Shown in pieces: positions 24,070 through 34,500 of a stretch of DNA of 64,000 bases (position 1 is the first letter of the stretch; the number at the start of each line of letters is the position of its first letter). The notes below the pieces were generated by a model. It had not been told where the DNA came from. It saw only the letters and a list, made by a program, of their open reading frames with translations, and did not search any database. The translations under genes and the position numbers were made by a program. The DNA comes from Adineta vaga (Eukaryota > Animalia > Rotifera). The DNA is taken from assembly GCA_021613535.1 (NCBI GenBank), contig CP075495.1, forward strand, positions 16,058,001-16,122,000, read 5' to 3'.

Positions 24070-24999
24070 GGTTTGGTTATACCTTGCCACTTTAAAAGCA
24101 AGTTTATTTAAGCTAATACTGATTCGAACAGAAATGGTTTTCGAAGTTGTGCAATCATCCATTCGTTGGAAATATAAATAGATAATCTTTCTTTCTTAAG
24201 TGTCAAGTTTCGTATTAAATTGTGAAATTTACGCTTCGTTTAAGATTGGTCAGATATCAGTTTACCTATAAAAGAAAGTAATGCAATCTTAAGTTGATAC
24301 GATGCTTTATCATAAAAATTGACTGATAGAGACCGGTCACCAACTATCCAGTCGATTTTGGATTGATATTTTGTGGAACCATATGTTTTCAGTTGAAAAA
24401 CAAATTAACGAGTGTAAGTTTTAGGTCGATGAATTTGGCCCACACCTCTCCCCGATCCTCGATTACAAACAGAATCCATTAGAAGCGCAAATAGGCTATG
24501 TGACTTTCACATTTTAGACCCAAAGCAATTGCGCTGAAAAGCGTTTTCGCTCAACAATGAAAAAGCGGTTAAAATTTCATGACTCCACACAAAAGACCTA
24601 GTGTTCGGAAATTTCCTGGGACTATTCGAGTCTTAAGGTCTCTTGCCTATAACCAGAATATCAACCCAAAAGCGACTGATAAGTTGGTGAGTTTACCTCG
24701 CAAAATGCTCATAACTGTGAGAGGAAGGCTTGAGACAACTAAATGTTCCAGGTTTTTCACGTCTCAACAGAATGTATCGAATCTTCAAAACTCCAACGCA
24801 ATAACAAATGAACAGCTTTTTAAGTCGTTAGCATTAACGTCCATAAACAGGTGCATAAAAATAATAATCCTTTCCTGCCCTATGGGCGCTATGACGCCCA
24901 TCTTACATAAATCTCGTTCTTTTTGAACTAAGAAATATTTAAGGACCAATTTCATATCAACTTGGAGCCTGTCGAAAGTACAATTCATTGGCTTTATAT

Positions 25000-25640
25000 G
25001 TGTACATAATTGAGTTTTATGTTTCTTAGGAGAAGTGTTCACTAACTGTCCAACCGTTTTTGGTTAATATTTTGACCCAGAGGTAGGGCGCTATAAGAGT
25101 AGAACAATCCTACTAGGATATGGACCGCTAGGCCTTTTGCGCTGAGTATGGGCTTTCTGCGAACTTTTCACCCTTTTCCCACGCTGAAAAAAAAACTAAA
25201 TAACGGAGTTTCCAACTGAAATTCAAAGCATAGATAGGTCCAATCATCATTAGACTATTCTGAAAGTTTCAGTCGCAAAAAATGTTCCCTTATGGAGATA
25301 TTGATTTACAAGAAGATAATCACTTGCAGTATAATATATACAAATTATCAGATTACTTCAAAATCCAATTTCTCAATGAAGGAATACTTTTTTCGGCCGA
25401 AACTTTCAAAATACTTTATTGATGGTTAGACCTATATACGGCCCAAATTTCAGTTGAAAATTCCGTTATTTAATGTTTTGCTCAATATTGACAAGGGGTA
25501 GAAAGTTGGTAGAAAGCTCATATCCTCATAGGATTATTCTAGACATAGAATCTCTTACCTTTGGCCAAAGTATCCACTGAAAAGCGACTGGGCAGTGAGT
25601 GACTCTCCCTCGTTATTTCTAAAGAACCAAATTTTGTAGA
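25000..25640. mobile_element. Imperfectly palindromic non-autonomous repeat
   Basis: ~25030-25330 is a degenerate reverse complement of ~25340-25620 (e.g. aaataacggagtttccaactgaaatt vs aatttcagttgaaaattccgttattt). Ends are approximate. Confidence 0.5.
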
Positions 25641-26459
25641 AAGTGGATGTTAAAGCGCGCAAAAGCAGGAAAGGATTAATATGAATATTATAATATTCGA
25701 TCAGAATATTCTACAACATTTGATCAAGTATTACCGTATATAGTGCACAATACTTTAAAACTGCATAAATAAATTACTTACGTTTTTTTAACAGCAAGGA
25801 CGAATTGAATATGATATATTATTCTGCCATAAGTGTAATATGATTTAAACATTTATATCACTTAACCAACTTAGAGTTGAGAAAAAATACAGAGTATGGT
25901 TGATTTAAACTCTTTCTCTAATGTTTTACCAATATCAAAATCAAGTCCTTGTTTGTAAAGGCCTTCTCATATTGATCATAATGCAGCGTCATATTATTTT
26001 ACTGCACACTACTCTCTAGCCGTATATGAAATGTAATGGTCCCTATTTTATTCTATGCGTCGATTCTTCATAAAAAACGACGGTAAAAATCGACGAAGCG
26101 TGAATAAGTAATCGAAGAGCAGCGAGTAAGGTGTACAGTAGATATTTAGACATGATGATAAAAAACTTTACGTTCTGTACAATAATGTACTGGGTAAAGT
26201 GTGGATAGCATGAAACTGAAAGAACAGTATTCATACATTGAATCACGTAAAACGAGGATTCTCGCCTTGAGAACGACTAAGAGCAACTGAAAACTTCAAC
26301 AAAAATTATATTTCGAAACCGTGTCTTGGGACGTAACTCTGAATAGAATATTATAGCGTCAGAAAAAAGATATCAATTCGTATTTCTACAGAAGATTTCA
26401 TTCCGAAAAGATTGATTTTTCCGTAATCTAGAATTATTTGTTTTGATACATTTGTATAT

Positions 26460-26945
26460 GATAGCATCCTAAAACGGAGATATTCTATATTTGTCTTGAC
26501 GAATACTACAAACCCATTTCAACTTGAACTCGATAGGATGTTTCTCACCAAAGATTTGCATTGGCCACAATCCAAATCCTGACTGCACACATCCGAAAAT
26601 AATGGCTGTTCCAGAACGAATGGATCTCGGAATATTCCGAATATTTCTCCTATATCATTCATGTGATCAAAGAGCTTTGTTTTTATCAAAAGATAGTGTT
26701 TGGAATTCTCTACAATACCGTGTATGATTGAACCCTCACACGTTATTAAACATATTCCAAAAAAGATGAAATTAGAAGCGTATGAAAAGGTGTAAAAAAA
26801 TGGGCTGAACAGTTGCGTCTCGTTTTCATGCCACTTGCTTCATGTTATTAAACAAATAAAATATGGCAAAGGATGCCGCGTGGAAAGCTCTACAGTTTAC
26901 GAAAAACACATTATTTTGAAAAGTTGCAAGAGAAAGAATAGTTTA
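26460..26945 (+). repeat. Dispersed repeat family; diverged copy at 53136-53970 and inverted piece at ~54140-54207
   Basis: atagcatcctaaaacggagatatt...gttgcaagagaaaga aligns to atagcatgctaaaacggagatatt...gttgcaagagaaaga. Confidence 0.75.
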
Positions 26946-26983
26946 ACTTCTGACAAAAAAATTTCATTTCGTTTGGTTTAAAG

Positions 26984-27149
26984 TAGGTGTGTGACAGTTC
27001 CATATCAATTCACACAACTGGAGTTGATCGAACTGGTTCTGTTCAATTGAACTGAACTGTTCGATCAGTTCAGTCGATTTGAACTAGAAACGCTGACCAG
27101 TTCAGTTAATGCGAGCTGGTACTGTTGAACCTGAGCTGTCACACATCTA
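26984..27149. mobile_element. Short hAT-like MITE with GAACTG/CAGTTC subrepeats
   Basis: TAGGTGTGTGACAG / CTGTCACACATCTA termini. The right TSD is cut after GTT by the adjacent fold-back. Confidence 0.65.
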
Positions 27150-27153
27150 GTTG

Positions 27154-27498
27154 CTACTTTGAAATTTTTTTTCATTATTTTGAGAGTGTTGCAGCACAAA
27201 ATATAATTTTTACAATAAAACAGAGGTCAGATTCGGAATGAACGTGCAAAATTTAGTAGAATTATATATAAGTTAAACGGTTTTAAAATGTTTCATTTAT
27301 TAAGGTACTATGACGGTACTTCAGGGAAGGGGTAGGGCGATTGTTTTCGAGAAAAATGAAACATTTTAAAACCATTTAACTTATATATAATTCTACTAAA
27401 TTTTGCACGTGCATTCCGAATCTGACATCTGTTTTATTGTAAAAATTATATTTTGTGCTGCAACACTCTCAAAATAATGAAAAAAAATTTCAAAGTAG
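27154..27498. repeat. Fold-back: 145-bp near-perfect inverted arms with a 55-bp spacer; mirror copy at ~33991-34335
   Basis: 27154-27298 versus 27354-27498, about 3 mismatches. Confidence 0.9.
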
Positions 27499-27534
27499 TA
27501 GTGCTAATGGAATTCCGCTTAAAAACGTATATGT

Positions 27535-28013
27535 GGCCATATTTCGTTTTGTATAGAAATATGAGGGAAATGTAGCTTTTTTGACGGGCTATCGAACATA
27601 CTGTATGAGAATTTTGGTACCTTCACTTATTCTAATCAGATATCGCTTGAAACATCAGGGGGAATTAAAAATATAGCAAGTTGTGTCTTAATGTTGCTTA
27701 TTCCATCGAAATTTTCTCTTATAAAACTAAATAATGGATTCATGTTTTACACATAGAATTAAAGCTCTGACCAAGAGCTATCGAAATGACTGATTAAATG
27801 TTAATTTATCTTGTATCTTTGCCATGGAATAGAGTACACGATAAAAAAAAAAATTTTCAATCAATAACCCAAAAATTAGGCTTTTTGTGCATAGCTTTTT
27901 ATATAGAAAAATGGAGCAAAACCCCAACAGTTTTATACCAAAATGCTCGTCTTAACGAGCTCGTTCTAATTGCATAAAATTCTTAGGGGGTTAGTGGAAA
28001 ATAAAAATGGACC
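27535..28013. mobile_element. GGCCAT...ATGGNCC MITE (PIF/Harbinger/ISL2EU-like ends); copies at 33476-33954 and 62060-62539
   Basis: Colinear over its full length with the diverged copy at 62060-62539, which sits in different flanks. Confidence 0.75.
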
Positions 28014-28080
28014 ATCCTTTAAAAAAATGACAGCTAAGGGCGTCCACAAATGATTTTGAGAGAAATTGTTTCGATTTTTA

Positions 28081-28538
28081 TGTGATACTAGCGGAGATAC
28101 CCGGTGCAAAGAGGACACAATTTACGTTTTTCATCTACAACAGTGCTTTTCTCATCAACCACCGCACCTCTCCGTTGGTATTTACCCGTCGTGTATGAAA
28201 AACCCTCACACCCTCCTTTCCTGCCCTGCCTTAGCTACTGTAATCCTTCAGGTCGCCACTCAGCAATTGATAACAAAAGACTGACCGGAGAAAAAGAGAA
28301 ACAATAATATAAATACAGATCGACGATGATCAGAGAAAAAAATATAGAAAAGAGAAGAAAACAAAGAAGAAATAGAATCACAGAAATCATCATGAGAACG
28401 GACATGATAATCAACGAAAACTAAAAGACAACAGGAAAGAAAGAGAAAGAAGATATATATACATATATATGCATAGAAAAGAAAGAAAACAACTATGTAG
28501 AAGGTAGCGTCATGAAGTAATATCCAATGACGCTAACA
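28081..28538. repeat. Possible solo LTR
   Basis: TGTGATAC...GCTAACA ends, terminal hairpin TAGCGTCAT/ATGACGCTA and GA/TA microsatellites resembling the 155-bp LTRs. No TSD. Confidence 0.3.
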
Positions 28539-29007
28539 AAAACCCATGTTAAATCGCGAACTATGACAGTGGTGTATGTCGTATTTGAGGTCAAAGGTAC
28601 CTTTTTTTCAGATTTGTTTAGCAGTAGATGCGTAATAAGAAGTTATACAGCATCTATGAAATTCAGGCTGAGTTTCTCGTTATACATTGAATCAGAGTGG
28701 ATTTACTGGAAATACCTCATTTTGTTCAGTTTTTCGTACTCTATCTTTTATTGCAAAGCAGAGATTATTTGATTGCTTTTCTACCCGAAAAACTCAGCTT
28801 TACGTTAACAATTTTTCATCTTTTTCTTAAGAACTTCTCGGAATGATGGAAAAGTCAATTAAACCTAATCTTTTTTCGGTCCAAACAAATTCGTTAAAAG
28901 TTTGAATTCAGAAATTTTAGATGATGCTGAACACAGTGAGAATATTGACTGAAAACTTTTTAACGAGCACTTCGAATGTTTCTTGGCGTCATGGGTGCTC
29001 TCTTAAA

Positions 29008-29948
29008 CGGTAATGTGTAATAAACTAGAAAAAGAAAATCCCGAAAAAAGAAACTTCGAAAAAAGTAAACATCGAAAAGCTAAAATCTCGAAAAATTCGT
29101 TTTTAGAAAAAAGAAACATCAAAAAGAGTGTATCTCGAAAAAAAATCCCGAAATTGATAAATTTCGAAAAGAATCTTTTATTTATCGCGATATGAAATGT
29201 ATTAATACAGTGAGCGACAAATATATACTTCTATTTTCAATTTCTATTTCCAAAAATCATGATAAAGAACTAATAAAATATAAAATATAGCAACAGTTAT
29301 GAAGATGAAGACTATAATCATTTGTTTGCGCCAATCATCAATGAAAGTCCTTCGATTAATTCATCGAGATTTATTTGCCCTTGATTAAATTTCACTTGAA
29401 GCGAAGAAATTCGTTCTTGTCGAAGAAGAACTTTTTGGCATCTATTCTTCTTTTGTCCTGTAATCATTTTCAGGAAATGTTGACGTACAAGAACTTCTTC
29501 CTTCTTTAAACAGTCAAACAAATGCCATACATTTGGATTATATTTGGATACTAATCGGTTGAATTTGTGGTTCCAGCCTATATGATACATTAAAGGCAGT
29601 CAGGAAGAGAGAAAAAATGAATTACCTTCCACGAAATTATTGGTTCTCAATTCAACATCAGAAACATTCCATAACGTCCATTTTACCTTTGTCATCCAGT
29701 ACCGATCAAAATAATGAATTAATGGTTTTAATGAAGATGGAGCTTGACGTACAACTTTTTTAAAAGTAGATTCAAAATCAGATGTAATTTTTTTCGGACG
29801 AAAATGAAGATTAAGACGAGCAGCATGCTCGGTAAGAATCGAGAACACCTCTTTGTATGTTGCTGCAGTTCGATTACCAAGAAGAGCAGTAACACACAAA
29901 AAACCTGTGGAATTTAGTTGAAAGTATATGGTGAAAAAAGATTATATG
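29008..29948 (-). mobile_element. 3' half of a Mutator-like (MULE) element with a transposase remnant; mirror copy at 31541-32481
   Basis: CVTALL..RT..TY...F, ITSDFE, YFDRYW, RTNNFVEG/WNHKFN, PNVWHLF. Internal deletion; CGAAAA-type subterminal repeats at 29008-29180. Confidence 0.8.
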
Positions 29949-29950
29949 TA

Positions 29951-31155
29951 ACGGGTGTCACAAAATGAATGAGCCTCTCCGTATTTTTCATTTCTCTCCC
30001 CTATTTTTCGGCATGGGAAAGCAAATTTTTTTATCAAAAGATTCCTCGTCAAATTCTCTACAAACGTAGATACTTTTATTATCTTAAATAATTTCCATCA
30101 TTCTGTGACATACGATACAATCTATTGGTCCAAGAAGCACAACTTTCAAAGACAATATTTTTTCGAATTTTTTTTACTGCACGTTTTAATTCTTGGATCA
30201 ATGTTGGTTTAGATGTCACTTTATTCCAGTTGATCACCTTCACAAATTCATCCCAAATACAGTAATCCAATGGGTTAAGATCAGGGCTGTTAGGTGGCCA
30301 ATGGTCTTTATCAATAAATGCTGGAAAATTGTCATGACACCATTGTTGTGTTAAACGATGAGTATGGGGTCTAGCCCCATCTTGTTGGAATGTCCAATCG
30401 TTTCCAAACACATGATTTCCATATTTAAGTGCCACAGGAAGCACCTCCTTAATGTATCGATCATGGTTGACTGTACCTTTTTCAAATATCACCAATGGAG
30501 ATACACCTTTGGAACATACACCAAGCCATACCATGACTTTTTCAGGAAATTTTTTTTTCTGATGAATACCACCTTTCTGATTAGCTTCATCACGATTTGC
30601 AGCCCATATACGATCGTTCTGGCTATTGTAAGCTCCATCAATGTCGAACATTTTTTCGTCAGAAAACAGAATTTTCAATGTTTCCTGCTTTCGAAAATTT
30701 GTTCGTATCCAGTTGGCAAACTTTTTTCTTTTTTCTTTCTGCTCTTCGGTAAGTGCTGGTTCGATCACATGTTTATAAGGTCGACAGCCAAGATCATCCC
30801 GAAGAATTCTGCGAGCACTTTCGTGAGATATACTCAGATCAAGTGCAAGTCCTCTAGTCGATATCTTTTTTCGTTGTAGCTTTTGCTTGACCTTCTTGAT
30901 GTTGGCATTAGTTCGAGCTGTACGTGGACGACCTGATGACACTGATAAATTGATAGAACCAGTTTCATCAATCATTTTGTACCATCTTTTGATAGTTGCT
31001 AAACCGATTACCCCATTCAAATCACGAAAAACCTTCGTTGGATTGTCACCATTTTGATGTTTCAAGGCTACCACTTTCTGTAAATCTTCGCGTTTCATTA
31101 TCAGAAAACTGAATCTTTTGCAAAAAATGTTGAGAAAATAAAAAAAGCGGATCGA
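29951..31155 (-). mobile_element. Tc1/mariner DD37D (maT) element inserted at a TA in the MULE; its 5' TIR is replaced by the fold-back junction
   Basis: TA|ACGGGTGTCACAAAATGAATG terminus and an intact transposase ORF. Confidence 0.85.
30079..31098 (-). CDS. Intact DD37D (maT) transposase, 339 aa
   Basis: MKREDLQKVV..., HTH with SGRPR linker, FSDEK, FQQDGA and SPDLNPLDY. There are 37 residues between the second and third Asp. Confidence 0.92.
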   Translation of the reverse strand: MKREDLQKVVALKHQNGDNPTKVFRDLNGVIGLATIKRWYKMIDETGSINLSVSSGRPRTARTNANIKKVKQKLQRKKISTRGLALDLSISHESARRILRDDLGCRPYKHVIEPALTEEQKEKRKKFANWIRTNFRKQETLKILFSDEKMFDIDGAYNSQNDRIWAANRDEANQKGGIHQKKKFPEKVMVWLGVCSKGVSPLVIFEKGTVNHDRYIKEVLPVALKYGNHVFGNDWTFQQDGARPHTHRLTQQWCHDNFPAFIDKDHWPPNSPDLNPLDYCIWDEFVKVINWNKVTSKPTLIQELKRAVKKIRKNIVFESCASWTNRLYRMSQNDGNYLR

Positions 31156-31538
31156 GACAATTTCCCAGCATTTATTGATAAAGACCATTGGCCACCAAAC
31201 AGCCCTGATCTTAACCCATTGGATTACTGTATTTGGGATGAATTTGTGAAGGTGATCAACTGGAATAAAGTGACATCTAAACCAACATTGATCCAAGAAT
31301 TAAAACGTGCAGTAAAAAAAATTCGAAAAAATATTGTCTTTGAAAGTTGTGCTTCTTGGACCAATAGATTGTATCGTATGTCACAGAATGATGGAAATTA
31401 TTTAAGATAATAAAAGTATCTACGTTTGTAGAGAATTTGACGAGGAATCTTTTGATAAAAAAATTTGCTTTCCCATGCCGAAAAATAGGGGAGAGAAATG
31501 AAAAATACGGAGAGGCTCATTCATTTTGTGACACCCGT
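31156..31538 (+). mobile_element. Inverted copy of the maT 3' end (transposase C-terminus plus TIR), followed by TA
   Basis: DNFPAFIDKDHWPPNSPDLNPLDY...GNYLR* then ...TTTTGTGACACCCGT|TA. Confidence 0.9.
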
Positions 31539-34500
31539 TACATATAATCTTTTTTCACCATATACTTTCAACTAAATTCCACAGGTTTTTTGTGTGTTAC
31601 TGCTCTTCTTGGTAATCGAACTGCAGCAACATACAAAGAGGTGTTCTCGATTCTTACCGAGCATGCTGCTCGTCTTAATCTTCATTTTCGTCCGAAAAAA
31701 ATTACATCTGATTTTGAATCTACTTTTAAAAAAGTTGTACGTCAAGCTCCATCTTCATTAAAACCATTAATTCATTATTTTGATCGGTACTGGATGACAA
31801 AGGTAAAATGGACGTTATGGAATGTTTCTGATGTTGAATTGAGAACCAATAATTTCGTGGAAGGTAATTCATTTTTTCTCTCTTCCTGACTGCCTTTAAT
31901 GTATCATATAGGCTGGAACCACAAATTCAACCGATTAGTATCCAAATATAATCCAAATGTATGGCATTTGTTTGACTGTTTAAAGAAGGAAGAAGTTCTT
32001 GTACGTCAACATTTCCTGAAAATGATTACAGGACAAAAGAAGAATAGATGCCAAAAAGTTCTTCTTCGACAAGAACGAATTTCTTCGCTTCAAGTGAAAT
32101 TTAATCAAGGGCAAATAAATCTCGATGAATTAATCGAAGGACTTTCATTGATGATTGGCGCAAACAAATGATTATAGTCTTCATCTTCATAACTGTTGCT
32201 ATATTTTATATTTTATTAGTTCTTTATCATGATTTTTGGAAATAGAAATTGAAAATAGAAGTATATATTTGTCGCTCACTGTATTAATACATTTCATATC
32301 GCGATAAATAAAAGATTCTTTTCGAAATTTATCAATTTCGGGATTTTTTTTCGAGATACACTCTTTTTGATGTTTCTTTTTTCTAAAAACGAATTTTTCG
32401 AGATTTTAGCTTTTCGATGTTTACTTTTTTCGAAGTTTCTTTTTTCGGGATTTTCTTTTTCTAGTTTATTACACATTACCGTTTAAGAGAGCACCCATGA
32501 CGCCAAGAAACATTCGAAGTGCTCGTTAAAAAGTTTTCAGTCAATATTCTCACTGTGTTCAGCATCATCTAAAATTTCTGAATTCAAACTTTTAACGAAT
32601 TTGTTTGGACCGAAAAAAGATTAGGTTTAATTGACTTTTCCATCATTCCGAGAAGTTCTTAAGAAAAAGATGAAAAATTGTTAACGTAAAGCTGAGTTTT
32701 TCGGGTAGAAAAGCAATCAAATAATCTCTGCTTTGCAATAAAAGATAGAGTACGAAAAACTGAACAAAATGAGGTATTTCCAGTAAATCCACTCTGATTC
32801 AATGTATAACGAGAAACTCAGCCTGAATTTCATAGATGCTGTATAACTTCTTATTACGCATCTACTGCTAAACAAATCTGAAAAAAAGGTACCTTTGACC
32901 TCAAATACGACATACACCACTGTCATAGTTCGCGATTTAACATGGGTTTTTGTTAGCGTCATTGGATATTACTTCATGACGCTACCTTCTACATAGTTGT
33001 TTTCTTTCTTTTCTATGCATATATATGTATATATATCTTCTTTCTCTTTCTTTCCTGTTGTCTTTTAGTTTTCGTTGATTATCATGTCCGTTCTCATGAT
33101 GATTTCTGTGATTCTATTTCTTCTTTGTTTTCTTCTCTTTTCTATATTTTTTTCTCTGATCATCGTCGATCTGTATTTATATTATTGTTTCTCTTTTTCT
33201 CCGGTCAGTCTTTTGTTATCAATTGCTGAGTGGCGACCTGAAGGATTACAGTAGCTAAGGCAGGGCAGGAAAGGAGGGTGTGAGGGTTTTTCATACACGA
33301 CGGGTAAATACCAACGGAGAGGTGCGGTGGTTGATGAGAAAAGCACTGTTGTAGATGAAAAACGTAAATTGTGTCCTCTTTGCACCGGGTATCTCCGCTA
33401 GTATCACATAAAAATCGAAACAATTTCTCTCAAAATCATTTGTGGACGCCCTTAGCTGTCATTTTTTTAAAGGATGGTCCATTTTTATTTTCCACTAACC
33501 CCCTAAGAATTTTATGCAATTAGAACGAGCTCGTTAAGACGAGCATTTTGGTATAAAACTGTTGGGGTTTTGCTCCATTTTTCTATATAAAAAGCTATGC
33601 ACAAAAAGCCTAATTTTTGGGTTATTGATTGAAAATTTTTATTTTTATCGTGTACTCTATTCCATGGCAAAGATACAAGATAAATTAACATTTAATCAGT
33701 CATTTCGATAGCTCTTGGTCAGAGCTTTAATTCTATGTGTAAAACATGAATCCATTATTTAGTTTTATAAGAGAAAATTTCGATGGAATAAGCAACATTA
33801 AGACACAACTTGCTATATTTTTAATTCCCCCTGATGTTTCAAGCGATATCTGATTAGAATAAGTGAAGGTACCAAAATTCTCATACAGTATGTTCGATAG
33901 CCCGTCAAAAAAGCTACATTTCCCTCATATTTCTATACAAAACGAAATATGGCCACATATACGTTTTTAAGCGGAATTCCATTAGCACTACTACTTTGAA
34001 ATTTTTTTTCATTATTTTGAGAGTGTTGCAGCACAAAATATAATTTTTACAATAAAACAGATGTCAGATTCGGAATGCACGTGCAAAATTTAGTAGAATT
34101 ATATATAAGTTAAATGGTTTTAAAATGTTTCATTTTTCTCGAAAACAATCGCCCTACCCCTTCCCTGAAGTACCGTCATAGTACCTTAATAAATGAAACA
34201 TTTTAAAACCGTTTAACTTATATATAATTCTACTAAATTTTGCACGTTCATTCCGAATCTGACCTCTGTTTTATTGTAAAAATTATATTTTGTGCTGCAA
34301 CACTCTCAAAATAATGAAAAAAAATTTCAAAGTAGCAACTAGATGTGTGACAGCTCAGGTTCAACAGTACCAGCTCGCATTAACTGAACTGGTCAGCGTT
34401 TCTAGTTCAAATCGACTGAACTGATCGAACAGTTCAGTTCAATTGAACAGAACCAGTTCGATCAACTCCAGTTGTGTGAATTGATATGGAACTGTCACAC

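Larger units (their letters stand above)
8324..30333 (+). repeat. Left arm of the giant inverted duplication
   Basis: ORF pairs mirror with coordinate sum 61489 near the centre (e.g. 30079/31410, 28066/33423), drifting to about 61430 distally. Confidence 0.97.

Noticed and set aside
20950-24450. Host gene in the least repetitive part of the arms
   Set aside because: Only short ORFs without recognisable motifs; I could not build a consistent exon chain.
31099-31296. 66-aa N-terminal extension of the maT transposase (405-aa ORF in the track)
   Set aside because: It runs across the fold-back junction and is largely antisense of the duplicated 3' end. The real start is the ATG at 31098.
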